Shown here one piece after another: positions 14,365 through 27,136 of a DNA stretch of 64,000 bases. Location: the NCBI RefSeq assembly GCF_009914755.1, contig NC_060935.1; one strand, given 5' to 3'. Positions within the stretch are counted from its first letter, which is position 1. Each line of letters opens with the position of its first letter. The notes under the pieces were generated by a model. It did not search any database. It was not told the origin of the DNA and saw only the letters and a list, made by a program, of their open reading frames with translations. The stretch is from the human T2T-CHM13v2.0 reference genome, Homo sapiens. Both the position numbers and the translations under genes were made by a program.

Positions 14365-15757
14365 TCTATGGTTTGAAGCCTTGAATGTTTGTGTCCTTTC
14401 CAAAATGCATGTTGAAACTTAATCTCAAATGCAATAGTTTGGGCCTTTAAGAGGAAATTAGGTCATGATGACTCCTCCCTCATGGATGGAATTAAGGTCC
14501 TTATAAAAGAGGCTTCACAAGACATTTGGACTATTTCACCCTTCCATTCATTCCACCATGTGAGGACACAGTTTGTCCTATCTGGAAGATGCAGCAACAA
14601 GATACCATCTTGGAAGCAAGCAATGTGACCCTAAGTAGATGCTGAATCTGTGGCACCTTGATTGTGGACTTCTCAGTTCCAAAACTGTGAGAAATAATTT
14701 TCTATTTTTTATAATTACCCAGTTTGTGGTATTCTGTTATAGCAGCACAAATGGACTAAGAAAGAAACTGGTACCAATAAGTGGAGTACTGCTGTATCGA
14801 ACACCTAAAAATGTGGAAGTGGCATTGGAACTGGGTAATGGGTAGAGGCTAGTCTCTAACAGACGATTCTGGTAAGGACTAAGAAGAAGAGAGCTGTAGA
14901 CAGAACCTCAGTCTTAGAGATTATTTTAGTGGTTGTAATTACAATATCAATTAAAATGTGGGCAGTGAGTGCCATTCTGATGTGGTGTCAGATGGAAATG
15001 AGAAATAATTAAAAACTGGAGGGGGCCAGGTGCAGTGGTTCAATGCCTGTAATCCCATTCACTTTGGGAGGCCGAGGTGGGCAGATTACTGGAGGTCAGG
15101 AGCTCAAGACCAGTTTGGCTGACATGGTGAAACCTCGTCTCTACCAAAAATACAAAAATTAGCCTGTCATGGTGGTGCACACCTATAATCCCAGCTACTC
15201 AGGAGGCTGAGGCTGTAGAATTGCTTGAACCTGGGAGGCGGAAGTTGCCATGAGCCAAGATCGCACCACTACACTCCAGCCTGGGTGACAAAGTGAGACT
15301 CCATCTCAAAAAAAAAAAAAAAAAAAAAGTGGATCAAAGGCCATCCTTGTTATCAAGTGGCAAAGAATATGGCTGAATTGTGTCTATGTCCCAGGGCTTT
15401 GTGGAAGGCAGAACTTAAAGGCAATGAACTAGGATGTTTGGTGAAATAAATATCTAAGTGAAGTGTTCAGGGAACTGACTGCTTATAATAAAATACGGGA
15501 AGAGAGAAATGAATTAAAAGATAAAATGTATAATCAAAAAGTAAGTGAAATTTAAAGATTTAGAAAATTATCAGCCTGGCCATGTGAAGATAAAAGGCTG
15601 TTCAAGAAAGAAAATTAAAGGTATGGCCAAGCTACTGTTTAAATAAGAAATATATATGTGTAGGTAGAAGCCAGATACTATTCACTAGAACAGTGGAGGG
15701 GTGATCCCAGTGATATTTGGAAGATCTTTGGGGCTCCCACTCCCATTACAGGTGCCA
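14365..15757 (+). mobile_element. MaLR LTR (MST/MLT1A-like) plus start of internal region
   Basis: LTR ends GTTATAGCAGCACAAATGGACTAAGA (~14761), then the internal signature ACTGGTACC...AAAATGTGGAAGTGGCATTGGAACTGGGTAATGGGTAGAGGCT. Confidence 0.82.
15024..15328 (+). mobile_element. Alu (AluS-like) within MaLR internal region
   Basis: Full dimer with poly(A); imperfect TSD AAAAA(C/G)TGGA. Confidence 0.95.
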
Positions 15758-15799
15758 AGTGCTAAGTTTTTATTGACAGATGAATGGATAAACTGTGAG

Positions 15800-15835
<36 letters not shown>

Positions 15836-17097
15836 ATATAATTCAGACTTAAAAAAGGAGATCTTGCCATTTGCCACAACATGGAAGAAACTGGAGAAAC
15901 TTATGCTAAGTAAACTTACCCAGACACAGAGACATATTGCACAATCTCATTTATATGTGGAATCTAAAATAACAACAAAACAACTAACAATATAGAATTC
16001 AGAGAGATAGAGAGTGAAACTGTGGTTACCAGGGGTAGAAGAAGAGAGAGAGAGAAAACTGGTAGGGGAGAGCAGCAGGTCAAAAGATACAAAGTGAAAG
16101 ATAAGTAGGATGAGCAAATCTAGAGTTCTAATGTACAGTACAAAGACGATAGTTAATAACAAGGTATTGTATTTGGCATTTTTGCTAAATGACTAGATTT
16201 TAGCTGCTCTTGCCACACATAGAAATACAAACGAGTGACTATTTGAAATAATAGATATGTTAATTTTTAAATTTTTATTATTATACTTTAAGTTCTGGGA
16301 TACATGTGCAGAATGTGCAGGTTTGTTACACAGGTATACACGTGCCATGGTGGTTTGCTGCACCCATCAACCCGTCGTCTACATTAGGTATTTCTCCTAA
16401 TGCTATCCCTCCCCTTGCCCCCCACCCCCCGACAGGCGTCGGTGTGTGATGTTCCCCTCCCTGTGCCCATATATTCTCGTTGTTCAACTCCCACTTATGA
16501 GTGAGAATATGCAGTGTTTGGTTTTCTGTTCCTGTGTTAGTTTGCTGAGAATGATGGTTTCCAGCTTTATCCATGTCCCTGAAAAGGACATGAACTCATT
16601 CTTTTTTATGGCTGCATAGTATTCCATAGTATATATGTGCCACATTTTCTTTATCCAGTCTATCATTGATGGGCATTTGGGTTGGTTGAAGTCTTTGCTA
16701 TTGTGAATAGTGCTGCAATAAACATACGTGTGTATGTGTCTATATAGCAGAATGATTTATAATCCTTTCGGTATATACCCAGTAATGGGATTGCTGGGTC
16801 AAATGGTATTTCAAGTTCTAGGTCCTTGAGGAATCACCATACTGTCTTCCACAATGGTTGAATTAATTTACACTCCCACCAACAGTGTAAAACTATTCCT
16901 ATTTCTCCACATCCTCTCCAGCACCTGTTGTTTCCTGACTTTTTAATGATCACTATTCTAATTGGCATGAGATGGTATCTATTGTGGTTTTGATTTGCAT
17001 TTCTCTAATTACCAGTGATGATGAGCTTTTTTTCCTATGTTTGTTAGCCATATAAATTTCTTCTTATGAGAATTGTCTGTTCATATCCTTCACCCAC

Positions 17098-17393
<296 letters not shown>

Positions 17394-17581
17394 TCCTTCA
17401 CCCACTTTTTGATGGGGTTGTTTGTTTTTTTCTTGTAAGTTTGTTTAAGTTCCTTGTAGATTCTGGATATTAGCCCTTTGTCAGATGGATAGATTGCAAA
17501 AATTTTCTCCCATTCTGTAGGTCGCCTGTTCACTCTGATGATAGTTTCTTTTGCTGTGTAGAAGCTCTTTTGTTTAATTAG

Positions 17582-17911
<330 letters not shown>

Positions 17912-18971
17912 AATTTTGGCTTTTGTTGCAATTGCTTTTGGTTTTATTCATGAAGTCTTTGCCTATGCCTATGTCCTGAATGGTATTGCCTAGGTTTTCT
18001 TCTATGGTTTTTATGGTTTTAGGTCTTATGTTTGAATCTTTAATCCATCTTGAGTTAATTTTTGAATAAGCTGTAAGGAAGTGGCCCAGTTTTAGTTTTC
18101 TGCATATGGCTAGCCAGTTTTCCCAACGTCATTTATTAAATACGGAACACTTTCCCGATTGCTTGTCTTTGTCAGGTTTGTCAAAGATCAGATGGCTGTA
18201 AATGTGTGGTGTTATTTCTGAGGACTCTGTTCTGTTCCATTGGTCTATATATCTTTTTTGGTACCAGTACCATGCTGTTTTGGTTACTGTAGCCTTGTAA
18301 TATAGTTTGAAGTCAGTAGTAACCATTTTATTCTCTATATGTATCTCATAATATCATGTTGTATACTTTAAATATGTACAATGAAATTTATTTTACAAAA
18401 TGTAAGTGCTTGATATCCTGATACTTAATGTCTAAATACTTAAGACATGTTCCCTAAGAATAATATTCTACTATATAGCTTTAATACAATTATTACATCC
18501 CAAAATTTATTAATATAATAATCCAATATATAGTTCTTATTACAATTTCCTCCATTATTCCCTAATTATAAAAATATGAGGATAATGGAGGGGCTTATGT
18601 GTTTATATATAAATAAACACATAAATTATGGTTCACTCATACATTTGGTTCTCTTGTCCTTTGAGTCTTTCATAATCTACTCATAGAGCAGTTTCTCACC
18701 ATTTTTTGTTTGTTTGATTTTGCATTTATTTTAGTCTTTTATGACACTGACTTTTGTTTTTGTTTTTTTAGTCTGGAGCATTTGTTTCATATAATGCCCC
18801 ATATCTTGGACATTTCTTCTTGTTTTCCATGAGTTCAAGTTAATAATTTTAATAAAAACACAACATAGATGATGTGACTTACCAACTTTTCGTTGCATCA
18901 CACAAGGATGAACATAATAACAGTTTATTTCAATTTTGGTGGTGGTTACTTTAATCAATTGATTCGGGTGG

Positions 18972-19339
18972 TGTTATCAGTTGAATGTTTATGTCTTCCC
19001 GAAATTCACATGTTAAAATTCCAACCCCTAAAGTGATGGTATTAAAAAGTGGGGCCTTTGCAAGGCGATAAGGTAACAAAGGTGGAGTCCTCATGAATGG
19101 GATTGGTGCTCTTATAAAAGAGACCCCACAGAGCTCTCTTGCTCCTTTTGACCATGAGAGGACACAGCAAGAAGACAGACATCCTTGAACCAGAAAGTTG
19201 GCCTTCATCACACTTGAGGATATGCCAGCAATTTGACGTCAGATGTCCTGGCCTCCAAAATCGTGAGAAATAAATGTTTGTTTTTTCAGCCACCTAGATT
19301 ATGGTATTTTTGTTATAACAGTCTGAACAGACAAAGACA
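18972..19339 (+). mobile_element. Solo MLT1A-like MaLR LTR
   Basis: TG...CA, 368 bp, 5-bp TSD GGTGG (18967-18971 / 19340-19344). Confidence 0.88.
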
Positions 19340-19673
19340 GGTGGTATTCACATGCTATTTTCATTTTAAAGGTATATTTTTAACTTCATAACTAAAAAGG
19401 AATCAGTAGGCTTATGCTTTTAAGACAAAGTGAATATTATGTTTCAAAAAATATTTTCACTGAATGGTGTTAGCATCCATTAAATTTGTCATCTCATCCT
19501 CTATTCTCAGCCTAAATGTATTAGTCTACTTTATTACTCAAGTTACAACTGAAAGACGGAAACTCGGATATCAAGGTATAAAAGTTTTGCATTTCCTGGG
19601 AACACACAATTGTAGTAAACTCTTAGATAAATTGATCCTAATTATGTGTCAATGCTCATTATTCATGAGGAAG

Positions 19674-20976
19674 TTAGAGAATAAGAAGGCTTTAACTCTT
19701 TGGACCCAAAACAACTATCTGAGTTTTTGTTTCTCAGCTAGTCCTGTTTCCCAGGTCCCATCTGCATCTCAGCTTTCATTTCCCACTCTCCAACTCTCTC
19801 CTTCACGACCAGGGGAATCTTCTATTCCCTAAGGACATCTGTCCTTCTCTTATTTGATCTTATGTCAGTTTGACAAGGCATGGTTTAAGTCAATGTTTCC
19901 CCATGTAGCTGAGGTGCTAAGTGCAAATATTAACTGATTCAGAGAACCATCAACCTTGTCAAAACCATAAAACTGCTCTTTATTAGTTGACCCAAAATCA
20001 TAATTTGGACAGAGATATTTCAAGACATTTTCAGATATAAACCATAAAACAAATATACCAAATAATATATGTAAGACACAAAGAGAAAGCAATTGATCCG
20101 AGGCTACTATGTATATAACAAATAAGATTTTATCTTGTTAAAACACCTGCATGCCTGCAGAAATCAGTCAGAACCAGATGACTCTTTCTAGCTGTTGATT
20201 CCTCCTCCTCACAAAGAGCCCACACACTTCATTTTGCTTAATTGTCACTTTGAGGAAAATGTTTCTTCCTTTCTTTCCTTCACACTTCCCTCTTTTCCTT
20301 CATTATAGGAAGAAACTTCTCACTTACATATGAGAAATCACAGTCACTTTTGTGAAATAGCTTATGCTGAACATTAGTCCTTCCTTCTCTGGATCCCTTG
20401 AATACTGGAATAGTTGCCAGGCTGTGTTTTCAACTGAGGACTTCCTGTTGCCCAATACTAATGTATCCAATGCAGATTACAAGAAAGATTAAAAGTCTTG
20501 CAAACACATGAATATTTTTTCTTTCTATCCCAAGCATTTAAGACTTTCTTAGTACTTTTCTTAAGATAATATACGCAAAGGGAGAGATAAGTGGAGGAGT
20601 TAGAGGAATATAGTAATGGAGGAAGGAAAAGGAGATTTTGCTTACTAGTTTCTAGCTTTTGTTTTCCAGCAATCCAAAGAACAATATCTCACTAAAAAGT
20701 TTATGATACATGCTTTAGAAAGATATATCAAAAGAGAAGAGTTCCTAGAGTACAGGGTATGAGAGGTATCATGGAATGGAGGGGGAAACACGATAAATAA
20801 GAGAAGGACACATGTCCTTAGGGAATAGAAGATACCCCTGGTCCTGAAGGAGAGGGTTGGAGAGTGGGAGATGAAAGCTGAGATGCAGATGGGACCTGGG
20901 AAACAGGGCTAGCTGAGAAACAAAAACTCGGATAGTTGTTTTGGGTCCAAAGAGTTAAGGCCTTCTTATTCTCTAA
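19674..20976. repeat. 182-bp inverted repeat (arms 19674-19855 and 20795-20976, 939-bp spacer)
   Basis: Manual alignment of arm 1 to the reverse complement of arm 2: equal length, no indels, 8 mismatches. Explains the shared peptide in ORFs 19464..19832(+) and 20818..21345(-). Confidence 0.97.
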
Positions 20977-22166
20977 GGAGGGATCCCTAGAACTAGAAAT
21001 GCCAGGGAGACAGTTTTGCCCATGGACCTGCAGGAACAAGAGATATTTTATGGAGAATGTGCACAGAGAGTTGTATATATTGTTAGAGAAACACCAAAAT
21101 TTATCTCCAACTCCTTTGTTGTCAAACATAAATATCTGTTTCTGAGCTCTGCCACGGGAACTTGGGAGCACTTCAGGTGAGTGCAGAGCCAGGAAAAGAT
21201 GCATCAAAATGAGTAGAAAAAGTCGTGGCATTTTACTCGTCCTGGCCTCTCTCACCCTGATACAGTGAGACTCGATCTGGAGAAAACCCTGAAGTCCCAG
21301 CTTCTCCCTTAGGGAAGCAACAGGAGTGGGCCATGAGTCCAGCATTCTGGGTTTCCAGCGGGGTTGCCCAAGGCACTGGTTTCTGTCTTATATGACTCAG
21401 AGTGCAGAGTTTGGATGCCATGTTGGGGGCCTCTGAGAACAAAGGCAAGCACCCTGTTTCAGCACTAGGGAGATTGTAGTACTGAAGGCGGACACCAGGG
21501 GGAGAAAGAGGTTACGGGCTCCAGACAAGAAACAAGCAAACCTCTTTAACTGGGAAATTACACACACAAGCCCATAAAAAGCTTGAAGGGCCCCTAGAAT
21601 CTCTAGCTATGCTAACCAATAAAGGTCTTCCAATGTATGAAGCCAGTCTGTAATGACTGGAGGAGGTTGGGTGTATTTTTCAAATATTAAAAGCACTGCA
21701 GGATAAAAACTAAGAGCATGTCTAGTAAAATATGATAAACATATCTAAGATGCATGCTAATAGACAAAAAATAAATGATTAGAGTGCATTTGTCTAAAAA
21801 ATTCATCAAATATATGGCAATACAGTTGTTGTCAGTAGGACTGGGCAAAGGGACATTGCTGCATATTGCAAATTTTGTGTGACCCTTTGCCTCTGGATAT
21901 TGGGACCTCTCAAGATTCATGCTGCTGCCACCCTGTGATGTGTTTATTATCTACAATGGACTGTGTCAAACATTATGGAAAAATCCTCATGATACCAAGG
22001 TTGTGTGGCTTTCACTGCTCCATAATATCAGTTTCTTTCTCTAACACACAGGCCAAGTCTGGACTAATTGGCAGAAACTGACTTACCAGTTTTGCAGCCA
22101 GAACTTGGGAGCTCTGTACTTTTAAGAGCTAAATCTATTTTTTCTTCCGTAGTTGGCAACACCATT

Positions 22167-22313
22167 ATGACATCACAACCTGTTTCCAATGAGGCCATCA
22201 TAATGCTCCCATCAAATGTCATCAACTTCTCCCAAGCAGAGAAACCCGAACCCACCAACCAGGGGCAGGATAGCCTGAAGAAACGTCTACAGGCAAAAGT
22301 CAAATTTATTGGG
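22167..22313 (+). CDS. MS4A6E: MS4A6E coding exon 1 (aa 1-49, MTSQPVSNEAIIMLPSNVINFSQAEKPEPTNQGQDSLKKRLQAKVKFIG)
   Basis: Acceptor TTTCTTCCGTAG| at 22152, ATG at 22167, phase-0 donor GGG|GTAAAT at 22314; recognisable MS4A6-family N-terminus. Confidence 0.96.
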
Positions 22314-23114
22314 GTAAATCTAATTCAGAACATGTTGGAGAGGGGTTAGGGGAAGTGGGAAGAGATGATGTATGTTTTGGGACTGGTCATCCTTGTGAGT
22401 GTGGAGACCCTTAAGTTTTGCTGGAGGGGCTTTGGGGTAGAAGCCACTTGGAGAAAACTGTCCCAGAACTTTTCCACAGGAGATTGTCTTAGAAACGTTT
22501 TTTCCCTTATTCTGAATATGAGGAGTTGATTTTCTGTTGTTGTCTTTGTATTTTTGCAATACAGTACTTCTCTATATTTTCTTTTACGAAAGTAATGGTG
22601 GTAAATAATGACATATTGTATATACATTTTTCTGTATTTCACAACTGCATGCTTAACAATCCACACTGATTCTTTGCAAGGAATTTTTCCCTTACTGCAA
22701 ATTACAGAAAAAATATACCTCCTCTCCCTGTTTTCTTCTTACCTTTTTGAGAATGGAAATGATATTTACCTTTTATTTGTCTGTTTCTCCTCTCATCCAG
22801 AGTTTATTAAAGAAGCTGTATTGCATGAAGGGAGGAGAGAAAGAAGGGATCTATCTTGGATTGGGAGGGAAACACAGAGTTTTGGTTTCTAGACTTGCCT
22901 CTGCACTTACGTGATCTGAGGTGAGGCACTCTGTTTGACTGGATTTCAGGACCTGGTGGGACTGGTTTCCTTGCCTCATGTACAATCATATGGGTTTCTA
23001 TGAGGCTCAGGTGACAAAAGGTCTAGGAAACTTCTTGGTAAATGATAATAGAGCTGTGAATCTCTGAGGTGGATGTCAGGAAGGAAAACTACCTCCTAAG
23101 ACAGAGCTTCAGTT

Positions 23115-23273
23115 ATACATGAGAACATGCAGTATTTGGTTTTGTTAGTTTGCTAAGGGTGGTGGCCTCTAAATGATGAGAACACATGGACACGTAGAAG
23201 GGAACAATGCACACTGGGGCCTTTCAGAGGGTGGAGGGTGGGAGGAGGGAGAGGATCAGGAAAAATAACTAAT
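23115..23273. mobile_element. Short L1 3'UTR fragment in two opposite orientations (MS4A6E intron)
   Basis: GAGAACATGCAGTATTTGGTTTT...TTAGTTTGCTAAGG (antisense) joined to GAGAACACATGGACAC...GAGGGTGGAGGGTGGGAGGAGGGAGAGGATCAGGAAAAATAACTAATG (sense). Confidence 0.75.
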
Positions 23274-23423
23274 GCACAGAAACTCAATTTGGAAGCTCTG
23301 GCTACAAAAATCTCCCAAAGCCAGCAAGGAAGTCAGAGAGAGTGCCCAGAAAAATGCCAGTTCTTTCTTTCCCTCGTTGGTATTTAGAGATTATTGTTTG
23401 GAACCCTCAGTTACAATCCAACA

Positions 23424-23645
23424 CTAGATCTGTGCTGTGCAATGTAACTGTCTATGATGGAAATGAAATGTAACTTTCTATGATGATGGAAATCCACAAC
23501 AGCTGCACTGTTACAATATGGCGGTCACATGTGGCTATCGATGATGTGAAATATGGATAGTGCAACTGAATTTTAAATTTTACTTAATTTTACTTCAAAT
23601 ATAAGTAGCCCATGTGGCTACTGGCAACCATACTGAGTAGCCTAG
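23424..23645. mobile_element. MER3-like hAT DNA transposon remnant
   Basis: CTGTGCTGTGCAAT...ATGATGGAAAT...CACATGTGGCTA...TGAATTTTAAATTTTACTTAATTT...CATGTGGCTACTGGC. Confidence 0.7.
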
Positions 23646-24505
23646 TACAAGAGTAATGTTTTCAAACTTTTAGTAGGAAATATATGGGCCTCTTACTCCA
23701 GAGAACAATCCCACAGTGAACATGCAGGAAGCTCAAGGATGCAGGATGTGGTCTCGGGGTGGGCTCAGACTCACCAGAGACATCGAGGCTTTAGTGAGTT
23801 CTACTCTTGTCACACATTGTACCAGCCCTTTTTGAGATTGAAGAAGAGTGCCATCTCAAGACAAATCTAGCTTATTCTAAGAAATATAGACTCTAGGCAT
23901 CAAGACTACTACTGGCTACTAGGAGGCCCAGGAGTGTACACTTCAGTCATTATGTTGGGAAATTGGGGTCCCAGAGCATCAACTGGTGAGTTCCTAAAAG
24001 AAGAAGTGCCCATATGGGATTAAATAACACTCTACTGTATGGCTGTGGGATGTGCCCTGGAGCCTACCTACCTGTAACAATAGCTTTCAGAATGCTGTGA
24101 GCTCAGTTCTCTTTTCTGTGTGAGTTGGAGTAAAGGAAGTCACTTCTGAGGTCAGTTTATTTATTTCCTCCACTTCATAAATGTAGAAATGAGAACCAGA
24201 GTGGGAAATAAAACCAAGGAACTGAGTACCCAAGGGAACAAGCTGGGTCAAGTCTATATTGTGACCTCAATTTTCTGACATCCAGTCCAGGCCTTTATTC
24301 TGTACCTCCCGCTGCCTCCCACACATTACACCATCCTTGGGCCCGCACCTAGACCTCTGCCCACAGCCACCCCATGCTGCGCTCAATGTGGCCAGTCATA
24401 TGCCTGCCCAGGTTCCAGGGCCTGCCTGAGACTCAGAACCACCCCCTCACTCATCTTTGAGAGGTGTGCTTTTGAGAGAGGCAATAGGCACGCAAAAGTG
24501 AGCTA

Positions 24506-24584
24506 TTAGGTTGGTGCAAAGGTAATTGCGGTTTTGCCATTGAAAGTAGTGGCAAAACCCAAAATTACTTTTGCACCATGCTAA
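24506..24584. mobile_element. MADE1 (mariner-derived MITE), palindromic
   Basis: TA|TTAGGTTGGTGCAAAGGTAATTGCGGTTTTGCCATT...GTGGCAAAACCCAAAATTACTTTTGCACCATGCTAA|TA; TA TSDs, long TIRs. Confidence 0.93.
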
Positions 24585-25011
24585 TACACCATCCAGATTT
24601 TCTGTGTGGTTGATGCTTGCACGAGGGGTTTCTGAGTTGGCCGAGAGAGAAACTGCATCTGGTACATTGCCACCTTTGCTTGTGGTCACACTCACAGTAA
24701 TTTTCCAGGCAAGCCTCGTGGGCCCTGCTATCTGTCCCAGGGAAAGAATTTAGGAGAGTAACATTCTCTACCACACTACTGAGGTCCTGTTTGAGGGGAA
24801 CCAGTTCATATGTTCATTCATTCAGCCAAGTTTTACGTTGCAGATTCTGAGTTTTTGGCTGGACACTGGAGAGGCCTACAACAAGAAATGATCCCTCCGG
24901 GACTTCCTGAGGGAGACAGATAAGGGAATAACTTGCAATGTAATGGCAAAAAGGGATAAGAGAGATTCGTGGCCCTTTGGGAATGATTCTTACCCACCAT
25001 GTCTCTTTCAG

Positions 25012-25218
25012 GTGCATAGCAGCCTGGCTGGAAGCATTCTGAGTGCTCTGTCTGCCCTGGTGGGTTTCATTCTCCTGTCTGTCAACCCGGCTGCATTAAA
25101 TCCTGCCTCATTGCAGTGTAAGTTGGACGAAAAGGATATACCAACCAGACTTCTTCTTTCTTATGATTATCATTCACCTTACACCATGGACTGCCATAGA
25201 GCCAAAGCCAGTCTGGCT
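25012..25218 (+). CDS. MS4A6E: MS4A6E coding exon 2 (aa 50-118; TM helix plus Cys-flanked extracellular loop)
   Basis: Acceptor TCTCTTTCAG|GTG, 207 nt, donor GCT|GTAAGT; VHSSLAGSILSALSALVGFILLSV...QCKLDE...DCHRAKASLA. Confidence 0.96.
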
Positions 25219-27136
25219 GTAAGTATTTTTTAGATGGGATGTTCTAATTTTATGAGGTTTCTGAAAGCCTTGATTTCTTATTATTCCATCCTTTGAAAAT
25301 CTCTCTGTTAATTCTGGTTTGGGCATCTGGAGGAAGGCCAAGGTTATGTAAATCAAAGGGGGGCTGCATGGATGAGATTAAGGGGATTACATACTAACAG
25401 AGTGGAATTGAAATGTCAGATAAGGTTGATGATGAAAAACTAAAACTTACGGTTTGTAGAGTTTCTTAATTACTCAACTAATCTAATTTTGGAGGCATAA
25501 ATTATGAGTTTGTCAAACTGAGAATGTTGGTACATAGAGTGGTGAATTCAGATTGGCAAACAGAGCAGAAAGACCCGGGTGATCAGAAAATGCTGACAAG
25601 GAAATGTGGTATGTGTGTGTGGTAGGGGGTCAGTTTGGTCTAAAAAGACATCAGACTAAAGATGAAGAAACAGAGAATAGGAAATATGGGGTTAGATGGT
25701 AAGGGTTTCTCCTAATGATTACAATAATGAATAATACTAATCAGGTGAAACGGTAACATTATTATTGCTTTTTGTTATAGCTGAAAGAAGTGTGATATCT
25801 TAAATCAGGAGATAAGAAATATAGGGAGATGGAGAGTGTAACTGAGAATTATCGCAGGAGAATTCTCTCTCTTTGGAAGAAGAAAAACAATGAAGTTTGG
25901 CTAACAGAAATAATGTGTCTGAAGTTGAAAAATTAAGGGGTATGTGCATGGCCAGCAACGCATTGAGAGGAAAACAGGCAACATAAAAGTAAAGAAGTTG
26001 CAGAATATTTATTGTCCTGCAATCATAAAAATGAGGTCAGCCAAGAACTCACCTGGACGATGGACAGATAGAAAGGTCTGGTCAAATTCATGCTTGTACA
26101 GCACCCATTATAAACTGAGCCTTGCTTCCAAGGTAATGGTATAATGAGGAAAAAGTGCATGCAAATGAGGCTGACAGTAATTGGTACAAATTCCACCTTG
26201 GGAAAAATTCTGGAGAGAAATTTGGGAGAAATTTGGTAGTGATAAAGTATAAATTCATGATGGGACGATTTTATATTGGAAATAAGAGAGATTCTGTTGA
26301 GCTTGCTTGCTGGAACAATTTCTAGGTAATGGACACAACATGTATCTTCTATTTAACTGTGTGTAAATACCACAAAACAAAAGTTCATGTGATCAAATTA
26401 TCCCCCTTTATTATCAGATGACCAGTTCTGCACAAAGAATGTCTCAGGACAGAAATGGTAGAACTCATCCTTGTGAGTTGGTGTTGGTGATTAGCAACAG
26501 TTTACTACCTTCACTGTTTTTTTCCAAGTCTTAAAACACCAAAAACAGCAAAAATAAAAAATAAACAACAAAAATAAAAAACATCCAAACAGGTTCAGAT
26601 ACATAGACAGGGATGTCAATACTGAATTTTACAAAGGGCTTACACAGCCAAAACCTCCTTGATCCTCACAAATCTCTGAGAAATAAATGTTAGTATGCAT
26701 GTTTGATACATGAGGAAACAGGAGCTAGAGAAAGAAAGAGACTTGTCCAGGCTTACACAGCTACTCAGCAGTAAAGATGAGACTATAATGGAGCTGCTGA
26801 TTCTCAGTCCTGGGAGCTATTACACCACTCTGCTCTCTTACTGAGTGAACAATGTCATCAGAACTACGTACGTCTCAAAGAAGTGAGAAACAAGTGTATG
26901 AAATGGATTAGTTGATTTAGTTACTACTCATCTTCCCTTCTCTTCTCAAGAAACTGAATGAGTGAAGGAGTTGAATTAAGACAATTGTGAGGAGGAGCAG
27001 TTTTGTTTTCCTGATTGTTTCCTTACTTCATTCTCTAATGGTTGAGGTGGTCTTCATCTCTATGGTCACCTCTAAACTAGGCATGAAAGCTTCGGCTGAC
27101 CCAAGCATCACTGATATTTTATTTCTTGACTTTCAG

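Noticed and set aside
19464-21345. ORFs 19464..19832(+) and 20818..21345(-) sharing LENKKALTLWTQNNY...SSIP, resembling a paralogous gene pair
   Set aside because: The shared peptide is simply the DNA inverted repeat read on both strands; no recognisable domain or other coding evidence.
21866-22081. 'QILC' resembling the MS4A TM1 motif IQILCG
   Set aside because: Four-residue match, upstream of the first coding exon, with no following TM helix or splice signals.
22068-22166. N-terminal extension of MS4A6E in ORF 22068..22349
   Set aside because: It starts at a non-ATG codon and runs through the polypyrimidine tract and acceptor at 22152, so it is intronic.
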